Of a stretch of 32,000 bases of DNA, positions 10,264 to 18,231 are shown piece after piece (the stretch's first letter is position 1; each line of letters opens with the position of its first letter). Made by a program: the position numbers and the translations under genes. The DNA is taken from the NCBI RefSeq assembly GCF_043950625.1, contig NZ_CP171007.1. One strand, given 5' to 3'. The notes below the pieces were generated by a model. The model made no database searches and had not been told where the DNA came from. It saw only the letters and a list, made by a program, of their open reading frames with translations. The DNA is from Alkanindiges sp. WGS2144 (GTDB taxonomy: Bacteria; Pseudomonadota; Gammaproteobacteria; Pseudomonadales; Moraxellaceae).

Positions 10264-10367
10264 GGCGCCTTGGCGTTCTGGCTTACGCATGATTTTTCTA
10301 GTGTCCGGGGCGGCTTTGCTTCGCCCGGATACAGCCTGTTTTGAATCAAAATTTTAGGAAAGCAATT

Positions 10368-12506
10368 ATGGCACGTGCTACCCCCATATCCCGTTATCGT
10401 AATATTGGTATTTCTGCGCATATTGACGCAGGTAAAACAACAACCTCCGAGCGTATTTTGTTTTACACCGGTGAGAGCCACAAACTTGGCGAAACTCACG
10501 AAGGTTCAGCAACTACCGACTGGATGGAACAAGAGCAGGAACGTGGTATTACCATTACCTCAGCAGCTGTAACATGCTTCTGGAAAGGTATGGGCAACCA
10601 GTTTGAACAACACCGCATTAACGTTATTGATACCCCAGGACACGTTGACTTTACTGTAGAAGTTGAGCGTTCCATGCGTGTCCTTGATGGTGCGTGCATG
10701 GTGTATTGTGCGGTTGGTGGCGTTCAACCCCAGTCTGAAACCGTGTGGCGTCAGGCCAACAAGTACAAAGTGCCTCGTCTGGCATTCGTGAACAAGATGG
10801 ACCGTACCGGTGCCAACTTCTTCCGTGTGGTTGAGCAAATGAAAACCCGTCTGGGTGCCAATCCTGTACCAATCGTTATTCCGGTTGGCGCTGAAGACAC
10901 CTTTACTGGTGTGGTTGACCTGATTGAAATGAAATCAATCATCTGGGATGAAGAATCCAAAGGTATGACCTTTACCTATGGTGAAATTCCTGCTGAACTT
11001 CAGGAACTGGCTGATGAGTGGCGCAACAATATGGTTGAAGCTGCTGCCGAATCTTCAGAAGAGCTGATGGATGAGTACCTGAACAATGGTGAATTGAGCA
11101 AAGAGCAAATTCGTGCCGGTATCCGTCAACGTACCCTTGCTGGTGAAATTCAGCCAATGCTATGCGGTTCTGCATTCAAGAACAAAGGCGTTCAGCGTAT
11201 GCTGGATGCGGTGATTGAATTCCTGCCTGCACCAAATGACGTTGAGGACATCAAGGGCGTACTGGACGATAAGGACAATACACCTTCTAGCCGTGAATCT
11301 TCTGACGAAGCACCATTCTCTGCGCTGGCATTCAAGATCATGAATGACAAGTTCGTAGGTAACTTAACGTTTGTTCGTGTGTATTCTGGTGTATTAAAGG
11401 CAGGTAGCCCAGTCTGGAACCCGGTTAAGCACAAAAAAGAACGTGTTGGTCGTATTGTACAGATGCAAGCCAATGACCGTATTGACATCGAAGAAATCCG
11501 CGCCGGTGATATCGCTGCCTGTGTGGGTCTAAAAGATGTGACTACTGGTGATACCCTGTGTGATGAAAACAACATCATCATCCTTGAGCGCATGGAGTTC
11601 CCAGAGCCTGTAATCCAGCTGGCAGTTGAACCAAAAACCAAGGCTGACCAGGAAAAAATGTCTATCGCTTTGGGCCGTCTGGCAAAAGAAGATCCTTCAT
11701 TCCGTGTACATACTGATGAAGAATCTGGGCAGACTATCATCGCCGGTATGGGTGAGTTGCACCTTGACATTCTTGTTGACCGCATGAAGCGTGAGTTCAA
11801 CGTAGAAGCTAACATTGGTAAGCCAATGGTTGCCTATCGCGAAACGATTCGTAAAGTGACTGAGCAGGAAGGCAAGTTTGTACGCCAGACTGGTGGTCGC
11901 GGTAAGTTTGGTCATGTTTGGCTGCGTCTTGAGCCGCTTGATGTTGAAGAAGCTGGCAAAGAGTACGAGTTTGCTGAAGAAGTTGTGGGCGGTGTGGTTC
12001 CTAAAGAATACTTTGGTGCAGTTGACAAAGGTATTCAGGAGCGTATGAAGAACGGTGTTCTGGCAGGTTATCCGGTTGTGGGTGTGAAGGCTGTGCTATA
12101 TGACGGTTCTTACCACGACGTTGACTCTGACGAATTGTCGTTCAAAATGGCAGGTTCCATTGCTTTCCGTCAGGGCTTTATGAAAGCTGATCCTGTATTG
12201 CTTGAGCCCATCATGAAGGTTGAGGTGGAAACACCAGAAGACTACATGGGTGACATCATGGGTGACTTAAACCGTCGCCGTGGTGTGATTCAGGGTATGG
12301 ATGACCTACCTGGTGGTACGAAACAAATTCGTGTAGAAGTGCCGTTGTCTGAAATGTTTGGTTATGCAACCAGCATGCGCTCCATGTCACAAGGTCGTGC
12401 GACCTATTCCATGGAATTTGTAAAATATGCAGAAACTCCACGTAACGTGGCAGAAGGCATTATTTCCAAGTTCCAGGCAGGCGGCAAAGCTGGCGACGAC
12501 GAGTAA
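10368..12506 (+). CDS. fusA: Elongation factor G
   Basis: [35 protein letters not shown]..., DTPGHVDF and NKMDR GTPase motifs. Full length is 712 aa. The start is at 10368, not the tracked 10341. Confidence 0.98.
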   Translation: MARATPISRYRNIGISAHIDAGKTTTSERILFYTGESHKLGETHEGSATTDWMEQEQERGITITSAAVTCFWKGMGNQFEQHRINVIDTPGHVDFTVEVERSMRVLDGACMVYCAVGGVQPQSETVWRQANKYKVPRLAFVNKMDRTGANFFRVVEQMKTRLGANPVPIVIPVGAEDTFTGVVDLIEMKSIIWDEESKGMTFTYGEIPAELQELADEWRNNMVEAAAESSEELMDEYLNNGELSKEQIRAGIRQRTLAGEIQPMLCGSAFKNKGVQRMLDAVIEFLPAPNDVEDIKGVLDDKDNTPSSRESSDEAPFSALAFKIMNDKFVGNLTFVRVYSGVLKAGSPVWNPVKHKKERVGRIVQMQANDRIDIEEIRAGDIAACVGLKDVTTGDTLCDENNIIILERMEFPEPVIQLAVEPKTKADQEKMSIALGRLAKEDPSFRVHTDEESGQTIIAGMGELHLDILVDRMKREFNVEANIGKPMVAYRETIRKVTEQEGKFVRQTGGRGKFGHVWLRLEPLDVEEAGKEYEFAEEVVGGVVPKEYFGAVDKGIQERMKNGVLAGYPVVGVKAVLYDGSYHDVDSDELSFKMAGSIAFRQGFMKADPVLLEPIMKVEVETPEDYMGDIMGDLNRRRGVIQGMDDLPGGTKQIRVEVPLSEMFGYATSMRSMSQGRATYSMEFVKYAETPRNVAEGIISKFQAGGKAGDDE

Positions 12507-12547
12507 TTTGTTACCACTTATTATTCACAATTAATGTAAAAACCTAC

Positions 12548-12580
12548 CAGTCCACTGCCTATTCATTTAGCAGTGGGCTG
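12548..12580 (+). other. Intercistronic fusA-tuf hairpin with no T-run; possible processing or stability element
   Basis: CAGTCCACTGC / GCAGTGGGCTG forms an 11-bp stem with one G-U pair and an 11-nt loop. It is followed by ATTACAAGAGGAAG (the tuf SD). Confidence 0.35.
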
Positions 12581-12600
12581 ATTACAAGAGGAAGAACATC

Positions 12601-13791
12601 ATGGCAAAGGCCAAGTTTGAACGTAACAAGCCGCACGTAAACGTCGGCACCATTGGTCACGTTGACCATGGTAAAACCACACTGACTGCTGCGATTGCAA
12701 CAGTATGTGCCAAGACTTTTGGTGGAGAAGCCAAAGACTACGCAGCCATTGACTCAGCACCTGAAGAAAAAGCCCGTGGTATTACCATCAACACCTCACA
12801 TGTTGAATATGACAGCCCAAGCCGTCACTATGCCCACGTTGACTGCCCAGGCCACGCTGACTATGTAAAAAACATGATCACCGGTGCTGCCCAGATGGAC
12901 GGTGCAATTTTAGTTTGCTCTGCCACTGATGGCCCAATGCCACAGACCCGTGAGCACATCCTGTTATCCCGTCAGGTAGGTGTACCTTACATCATCGTAT
13001 TTTTGAACAAATGCGACCTGGTAGATGACGAAGAACTGATCGAACTGGTTGAAATGGAAGTACGTGAACTGCTGTCCAAGTACGACTTCCCTGGTGATGA
13101 CACCCCGGTTATTCGTGGTTCAGCCCTGTCTGCCCTAAACGGTGAAGATGGTGACTATGGCGTTGCTGCAGTATTAAAACTGGTTGAAACACTGGATACC
13201 TACATTCCTGAGCCAGAGCGTGCCATTGATAAGCCATTCCTGCTGCCTATTGAAGACGTATTCTCCATCTCTGGTCGCGGTACTGTCGTGACTGGCCGTG
13301 TTGAATCAGGCATCATCAAGGTAGGTGAAGAAGTAGAAATCGTTGGTATCAAAGATACCGTGAAGACGACCGTGACTGGTGTTGAAATGTTCCGCAAACT
13401 GCTGGACGAAGGTCGTGCTGGTGAGAACTGTGGTGTATTGCTACGTGGTACCAAGCGTGAAGACGTACAGCGTGGTCAGGTACTGGCCAAGCCAGGTTCC
13501 ATCAAGCCACACACCAAGTTTGAAGCTGAAGTTTACGTACTGTCCAAAGATGAAGGTGGTCGTCACACCCCATTCTTAAACGGTTACCGTCCTCAGTTCT
13601 ACTTCCGTACCACTGACGTGACCGGTGCCATCAACCTGCCTGAAGGCGTGGAAATGGTCATGCCAGGTGACAACGTACAGATGTCTGTTGAGCTGATTCA
13701 CCCGATCGCAATGGATCAGGGCCTGCGCTTTGCCATCCGTGAAGGCGGCCGTACCGTAGGTGCTGGTGTGGTTGCTCGTGTGGTTGACTAA
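12601..13791 (+). CDS. tuf: Elongation factor Tu
   Basis: [32 protein letters not shown]..., [12 protein letters not shown]; 396 aa. From memory it is very similar to Acinetobacter EF-Tu. Confidence 0.99.
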   Translation: MAKAKFERNKPHVNVGTIGHVDHGKTTLTAAIATVCAKTFGGEAKDYAAIDSAPEEKARGITINTSHVEYDSPSRHYAHVDCPGHADYVKNMITGAAQMDGAILVCSATDGPMPQTREHILLSRQVGVPYIIVFLNKCDLVDDEELIELVEMEVRELLSKYDFPGDDTPVIRGSALSALNGEDGDYGVAAVLKLVETLDTYIPEPERAIDKPFLLPIEDVFSISGRGTVVTGRVESGIIKVGEEVEIVGIKDTVKTTVTGVEMFRKLLDEGRAGENCGVLLRGTKREDVQRGQVLAKPGSIKPHTKFEAEVYVLSKDEGGRHTPFLNGYRPQFYFRTTDVTGAINLPEGVEMVMPGDNVQMSVELIHPIAMDQGLRFAIREGGRTVGAGVVARVVD

Positions 13792-13815
13792 GAAATAGTC
13801 GCTGCTAGTGTGTGA

Positions 13816-13863
13816 CAAGACGTCTTGGGCACTTTGTCGAATTTGCTCAGGACGTCTTTTTTT
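13816..13863 (+). terminator. Rho-independent terminator of the str operon
   Basis: AAGACGTCTTGGGCA / TGCTCAGGACGTCTT forms a 15-bp stem including two G-U pairs, with a 12-nt loop, followed by TTTTTTT. Confidence 0.8.
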
Positions 13864-13947
13864 ATGTCATTATTTTTCGGGATAACCAAATGGTAACTGG
13901 CATAAAAAATTTACCCTGATGAATATCTTTGCAAGTTCAGTGAACAC

Positions 13948-14013
13948 TTGTCCTCAATTGATAACAAGCTGTCCTCTTCTGCACTACAGCTTCAAGCAGG
14001 TTTTTCCTATGCT
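13948..14013 (+). promoter_or_regulatory. Conserved two-block upstream element, copy 1 (candidate activator site plus -10) of PF10118-like paralog 1
   Basis: TTGTCCTCAATTGATAACAAGCTGTCCTCTTCTGCACT (TGTCCT direct repeat, 21-bp period), then CTATGCTGG 26 nt downstream (TATGCT as a candidate -10). Copy 2 has the same architecture and spacing. Confidence 0.5.
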
Positions 14014-14065
14014 GGAGATATAGGCAGAATATTTTCTGCATCGTTTAAATGAAGAGGGCAATATA

Positions 14066-14968
14066 ATGAATGCCAAAGTAGCACCCCATACCGCCAAAAA
14101 TAGTGCCATTAAGGCCAGCTTTCCAGTACGGCGCATGGATTTTGAATTTGCTCAGGTGCCAGAATACTGGATGAGCAATTCGCCTGGCCTTACCCATTTT
14201 ATGACTGCATTGTCGGCTCTGTTTCCAGCGGGTGAGCAGTTTTTTGTAGACAGTGTGCGTGCAGTTCGCTATCACCCTTTGCTAAAAGATGACCTGGCGA
14301 TACAAAAAGAAATTTCCGCCTTTATTGGTCAAGAAGCCATGCATTCCAAGGAGCATGTAGGCTTTAATCAGTCTGCAAATGCTTATGGTCATGATGTGAA
14401 CCTGCTAGAAAACAAAACTGACCGGTTAATTCAGAGTGTAAGAAAGGTATTTGCCAGAGTGACCAAGCCGTTAGGGATTACTCAGGAAATGATTGACCTG
14501 ACTGCGACTACAGCGCTTGAGCACTTTACAGCTACCATTGCTTCCCAATTGTTGGGTAATTCTGAAATTCAGAGCAAAATGAGCAATGAAACCATGTATC
14601 GGTTGTGGATGTGGCATGCGGTTGAAGAAAATGAGCATAAAGCGGTGGTATATGATGTGTTTGAAGCATTATATGGTAAAGGTATTAAAGCATATGGCTT
14701 AAGAAACTCAGCCATGGTCATCGCGATGGTTCTGCTGTTTTTGACTCAGACTTATTTTGTAGTCCGTTTGCTTAGACAGGATAAGCAACTCAATATGGCA
14801 GCGCTACGTGATATCTACAAGTATGGCTATAGTCCCAAGCATGGTATTATCAGTGGCATGGTTCCTGAGCTTCTGGCTTATTTCCGCCCAGGTTTTCACC
14901 CTAACGATCATGACACCAATGCCTTGCTTGCGCACTGGAAAGAAAATCTGGGTTTTGTGATGCATTAA
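14066..14968 (+). CDS. Predicted metal-dependent hydrolase family protein (PF10118-like), paralog 1
   Basis: FPVRRMDFEF, GLTHFMTALSALFPAGEQFFVDSVRAVR, FIGQEAMHSKEH, ALEHFTATIAS, MYRLWMWHAVEENEHK and FRPGFHP match, from memory, the family annotated only as predicted metal-dependent hydrolase. Length is 300 aa. Confidence 0.8.
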   Translation: MNAKVAPHTAKNSAIKASFPVRRMDFEFAQVPEYWMSNSPGLTHFMTALSALFPAGEQFFVDSVRAVRYHPLLKDDLAIQKEISAFIGQEAMHSKEHVGFNQSANAYGHDVNLLENKTDRLIQSVRKVFARVTKPLGITQEMIDLTATTALEHFTATIASQLLGNSEIQSKMSNETMYRLWMWHAVEENEHKAVVYDVFEALYGKGIKAYGLRNSAMVIAMVLLFLTQTYFVVRLLRQDKQLNMAALRDIYKYGYSPKHGIISGMVPELLAYFRPGFHPNDHDTNALLAHWKENLGFVMH

Positions 14969-14984
14969 TCATTTGCTATATGTG

Positions 14985-15009
14985 AAGCGGCTTTCAAAGC
15001 CGCTTTTTT
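14985..15009 (+). terminator. Rho-independent terminator after paralog 1
   Basis: AGCGGC-TTTCAAA-GCCGCT hairpin followed by TTTTTT. Confidence 0.75.
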
Positions 15010-15019
15010 ATTGTGCGGG

Positions 15020-15086
15020 TTGTCCTAAATTGATAAAACAGTGTCCTGTTTGGCACTCACTTTTTTTAGCAAAATCACTCTATGAT
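15020..15086 (+). promoter_or_regulatory. Conserved two-block upstream element, copy 2, of PF10118-like paralog 2
   Basis: TTGTCCTAAATTGATAAAACAGTGTCCTGTTTGGCACT, then CTATGATGG 27 nt downstream (TATGAT as a candidate -10). About 30 of 38 positions of the first block are identical to copy 1. Confidence 0.5.
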
Positions 15087-15142
15087 GGGACATATTCGCA
15101 AGGGCTTAGCTCACTAAACAAGCCCAGATCAGGAGTAAAACA

Positions 15143-16063
15143 ATGAATGCTACTGTTAGCCAGCAATCAGCCAATGTAGTAAAAAATAGTGCTGTAAAAG
15201 CCAATGCAGTAAAAGCCAGCTTTCCAGTTCGCCGTATGGATTTTGAATTTAAAGAGGTTCCTCGTTACTGGGCAGGCAATGATGCAGGCTTAACACACTT
15301 TATGACTGCATTGTCTGCACTTTTTCCAGAAGGCGAGAAGTTTTTTGTGGATAGTACCCGTGCTGTGCGCGATGATCCAAAGCTTGCTGATCTGGCTATG
15401 CAAAAAGAAATTTCTGCCTTTATTGGTCAGGAAGCCATGCACTCCAAAGAGCATCTGGCCTTTAATGCTTCTGCACAGGCTTATGGGTATGATGTACGTA
15501 CCCTGGAAAAAATGACCGGTACAGTAATTAATACTGGGGTAAAAGTGGTTGGTAAACTCATGAAGCCATTTGGTTTTACCAAGGAGATGATTGGCCTGAC
15601 CGGTACCTGTGCGCTAGAGCATTTTACTGCCACAATTGCATCAGAGTTGCTGCGCAACCCTGAAATTCAGGCGATTGTAAATGATGAAACCATGTATCGG
15701 TTATGGATGTGGCATGCGGTAGAGGAAAACGAGCATAAATCGGTGGCTTTTGATGTCTATGCTACCTTGTACGGCAATGGCGCCAAAGCTTATGCCATGC
15801 GTGCTACGGCGATGGTCATTGCCATGGTTCTTATTTTCTTTACCCAGTCTTATTTTACTGCCCGTCTGATGAAGCAGGATAAGAAACTGACCTTGAAAGA
15901 CACCAAGTACATGATCAAATTTATGTATGGACGCAAGGGTTTTATGACCCGCCAGATTCCAGAGCTGCTGGCATTCTTCCGGCCAGGCTTTCACCCAACA
16001 GATTTTGATACTGATGCCTTATTGGCAGAATGGAAAGAAAAACTGGGCTTTACTTCCCACTAA
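15143..16063 (+). CDS. Predicted metal-dependent hydrolase family protein (PF10118-like), paralog 2
   Basis: It is colinear with paralog 1 and roughly 60% identical by eye, with the same conserved blocks. Length is 306 aa. Confidence 0.8.
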   Translation: MNATVSQQSANVVKNSAVKANAVKASFPVRRMDFEFKEVPRYWAGNDAGLTHFMTALSALFPEGEKFFVDSTRAVRDDPKLADLAMQKEISAFIGQEAMHSKEHLAFNASAQAYGYDVRTLEKMTGTVINTGVKVVGKLMKPFGFTKEMIGLTGTCALEHFTATIASELLRNPEIQAIVNDETMYRLWMWHAVEENEHKSVAFDVYATLYGNGAKAYAMRATAMVIAMVLIFFTQSYFTARLMKQDKKLTLKDTKYMIKFMYGRKGFMTRQIPELLAFFRPGFHPTDFDTDALLAEWKEKLGFTSH

Positions 16064-16106
16064 AAAAAGACATAATTCACCAGCGCTTATAGCGGTGTAT
16101 GAGACT

Positions 16107-16129
16107 GGCGGCCATCTGGCCGCTTTTTG
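16107..16129 (+). terminator. Rho-independent terminator after paralog 2
   Basis: GCGGCC-ATCT-GGCCGC hairpin followed by TTTTTGT. Confidence 0.7.
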
Positions 16130-16169
16130 TATCTGGATGATTTTTATTGTGAATAACGCTATACGTGTC

Positions 16170-16604
16170 ATGACACTTGCCGACTTGCCTCGCGTGCATT
16201 TTATTGAACAGCAGGTACAAAGCCATCCCTGGAGTCAGCAGCTTTTTATCGATAGTATTCAGGCCGGGCATCAGTGTACTGTGCTGGAACTGGATGGAAC
16301 CATTGCAGGCTTTTGTATTTTACAGAAAGTACTGGATGAGGCTAATCTGTTGTTAATGGCCATTGCATCGGAATATCAAAAGCAGGGATTGGGCTACCAG
16401 TTATTGGAACAATCTATTCAGGCGTTGGGGACAGGCTGCAATATGATTTTTCTGGAGGTGCGCCAAAGTAATCAGGCGGCCATTGCATTGTATGAGAAAA
16501 TGGGCTTTGCCCAGATTGATTTGCGTAAAAACTATTATCCCACTGCTCAGGGTAAAGAACATGCGGTAATCATGGCATTAACCCTGGGCAATGTATTTGC
16601 CTAA
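16170..16604 (+). CDS. rimI: Ribosomal-protein-alanine N-acetyltransferase RimI (GNAT)
   Basis: LADLPRVHFIEQQVQSHPWSQQLF, ILQKVLDEANLLLMAIASEYQKQGLG, LEVRQSNQAAIALYEKMGF and RKNYYPTAQGKEHAVIMAL align along the length of E. coli RimI. The tracked start at 16005 overlaps paralog 2 and its terminator, so ATG 16170 is used (GTG 16149 is an alternative). Confidence 0.85.
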   Translation: MTLADLPRVHFIEQQVQSHPWSQQLFIDSIQAGHQCTVLELDGTIAGFCILQKVLDEANLLLMAIASEYQKQGLGYQLLEQSIQALGTGCNMIFLEVRQSNQAAIALYEKMGFAQIDLRKNYYPTAQGKEHAVIMALTLGNVFA

Positions 16605-16633
16605 ACAGGTTTAGTGGCTACTCAAGATGGAAA

Positions 16634-17410
16634 CTAGCGTCCCGAGAACTCTGGCAGTGGCCGTGCCAATGACAAGCTAAGCTGTTTCATATCTTCTTCG
16701 GTTAAATGATCAGGAAGCATAGTCCAGCGTCCGTTTAACAGGATTTCCAGGCCGGAGAACTGCGCTTTGTATTTCATTTTGGCGGCATTAGGCACCCAGT
16801 AACCCAGGTAAACATAGGGCAGGTTATGTACCTTCGCCCATTCAATTTGCTTTAGAATGGAAAAAGTGCCTAGACTGCGGTGGGGCTGCTCAGGCTCAAA
16901 AAAGGTATACACTGCTGATAAGCCATCATCCAGCTGATCGCAGGTGGCTACAGACATCAGCTGGTCAGTGTGCCACATTTCCAGAAAAAAACTGTTGGTA
17001 CAGCTTTCAACCAGAAACTTCTCGAACTGCTCACGGCTGGGCGGGTACATATCACCATCGGCATGACGAAGCCGGATATAGCGTTCGTAAAGATGATAAT
17101 GCACAGCAGTGGCGTGATGGGTTTCCCGGCTGACCATCCGCAGGTCACGATTGACCTTGAGAGCTTTTTTCTGGCTGCTATTGATTTTAAACCGCTGAAC
17201 ATTAATCCGGGCTGACAAACACTGACGGCAATGATGACACTCTGGCCGGTAAATAAAGTCACCACTACGTCGAAAGCCCTGACGGGATAATTCAGACAGC
17301 ATCACGGTATCAATCCGCTTAACCGGGTCAAGAAAAACCATTCGCGCAGCACGTCCTTCAATGTAACTGCATTGATGCGGCGGTGTGATGTAATACTGAA
17401 TGTCCTTCAT
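16634..17410 (-). CDS. bpt: Arginyltransferase-family aspartate/glutamate leucyltransferase Bpt
   Basis: It is 258 aa. The ATE N-domain Cys pattern (PHQCSY...CHHCRQC) and the C-domain (VYTFFEP...RSLGTFSILKQIEWAK...YVYLGYWV) are typical of bacterial Bpt. Confidence 0.85.
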   Translation of the reverse strand: MKDIQYYITPPHQCSYIEGRAARMVFLDPVKRIDTVMLSELSRQGFRRSGDFIYRPECHHCRQCLSARINVQRFKINSSQKKALKVNRDLRMVSRETHHATAVHYHLYERYIRLRHADGDMYPPSREQFEKFLVESCTNSFFLEMWHTDQLMSVATCDQLDDGLSAVYTFFEPEQPHRSLGTFSILKQIEWAKVHNLPYVYLGYWVPNAAKMKYKAQFSGLEILLNGRWTMLPDHLTEEDMKQLSLSLARPLPEFSGR

Positions 17411-17461
17411 GATGGACTAAAATAAATTGCCCTTTATTGCTCTAACATAGACCCAAGTTCT

Positions 17462-18199
17462 TTAGGGAATCAAGTGCAAAAACGCATCAGTTGTTAATAG
17501 ATATTGACTATTAAAGATTTGCTGTGTTACAGCCTGCCAATTGGGAGGCGGCAGATTGATTTTATCCGGTAAGGCCTGTAAAAAAACCTGTCGGGGCAGG
17601 GTGGTGGCCCCTAAGCTAAATAAATGATCGTTGGGGAGCTGACAATCTACCCACTCAATGTTTGAAGCCCGGCAAAGCTGCATTAAAAAATAAAAAGCCA
17701 TCTTGGAGACATCAGTCTGGCGGCTAAACATGGATTCGCCGAAAAAAGCCCGGCCAATTTGTACACCATACAAGCCACCAACCAGTTGCTCACCTTCCCA
17801 TACTTCTACACTATGCGCCAGACCGGCCTGATGCAGCCCTGTATAACCCTTAATAATGCTCTGATTGATCCAGGTTTCCTGAGTATAGGCACGTGGCTGG
17901 GCACAGGCTTGAACCACTTGTTCAAAAGCATGGCTTAGGGTTAGCGTATAGCGGTCTTTTTTAAGTTGGCGTAGCAAGGACTTACTAGGCTGAAATGCTT
18001 TAGGATAAATAATACAGCGCGGGTCTGGGCTCCACCAGCAAATAGGATCGTCTTTGGAAAACCATGGGAAAATACCCTGGCGATAGGCCTCTAGCAGCGT
18101 AGCAGGAGACAGGTCAGCTCCGATGCCAACCAGTCCCTCGCCTTCAGGGTCAACTTGTTCGGGGTCAGGAAAAATAAACTGAGAAGAGTGAATATCCAA
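17462..18199 (-). CDS. aat: Leucyl/phenylalanyl-tRNA--protein transferase
   Basis: FPDPEQVDPEGEGLVGIGADLSPATLLEAYRQGIFPWFS..DPICWWSPDPR, HSVEVWEGEQLVGGLYGV and GESMFSR align with E. coli Aat. Confidence 0.92.
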   Translation of the reverse strand: MDIHSSQFIFPDPEQVDPEGEGLVGIGADLSPATLLEAYRQGIFPWFSKDDPICWWSPDPRCIIYPKAFQPSKSLLRQLKKDRYTLTLSHAFEQVVQACAQPRAYTQETWINQSIIKGYTGLHQAGLAHSVEVWEGEQLVGGLYGVQIGRAFFGESMFSRQTDVSKMAFYFLMQLCRASNIEWVDCQLPNDHLFSLGATTLPRQVFLQALPDKINLPPPNWQAVTQQIFNSQYLLTTDAFLHLIP

Positions 18200-18231
18200 T
18201 ATTGAAACGCCAGATTGAGATTTTAGCTGAC

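Noticed and set aside
9989-10357. A 122-aa plus-strand ORF running from inside rpsG through the rpsG-fusA spacer.
   Set aside because: It is out of frame with rpsG over its first third, has no SD, and its sequence is not protein-like. The spacer is better explained as structured RNA (see findings).
11192-11815. A 207-aa minus-strand ORF inside fusA, together with many other 60-130-aa antisense or out-of-frame ORFs in the track (for example 213-443, 715-1009, 1658-1999, 3001-3321, 3440-3757, 3995-4399, 5977-6390, 7345-7749, 8336-8659, 13200-13454, 23020-23316, 25195-25620, 26506-26823, 28588-28974).
   Set aside because: All lie wholly within or antisense to confidently identified conserved genes. 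They have no SD or start context and translate to compositionally odd peptides. They are typical shadow ORFs.
13948-13985. Interpreting the TGTCCT repeats as a PhoB pho box (CTGTCAT direct repeats).
   Set aside because: The repeat period here is 21 bp, not 11 bp. The intervening 11-bp-phase unit (TTGATAA) matches the pho half-site at only about 3 of 7 positions. The resemblance is too weak to assign a regulator, so it is kept only as an unnamed motif.
15050-15070. A sigma-54-like TGGCAC-N5-TTTT upstream of paralog 2.
   Set aside because: The -12 TTGC element is missing. The equivalent position upstream of paralog 1 reads CTGCAC, so the essential GG is lost. No enhancer-binding protein gene is nearby.
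16005-16169. The tracked 5' extension of rimI (start 16005), which would give a 199-aa protein.
   Set aside because: The extension overlaps the 3' end of paralog 2 and runs through that gene's rho-independent terminator (16107-16129). Alignment with E. coli RimI begins at about the 16170 Met.
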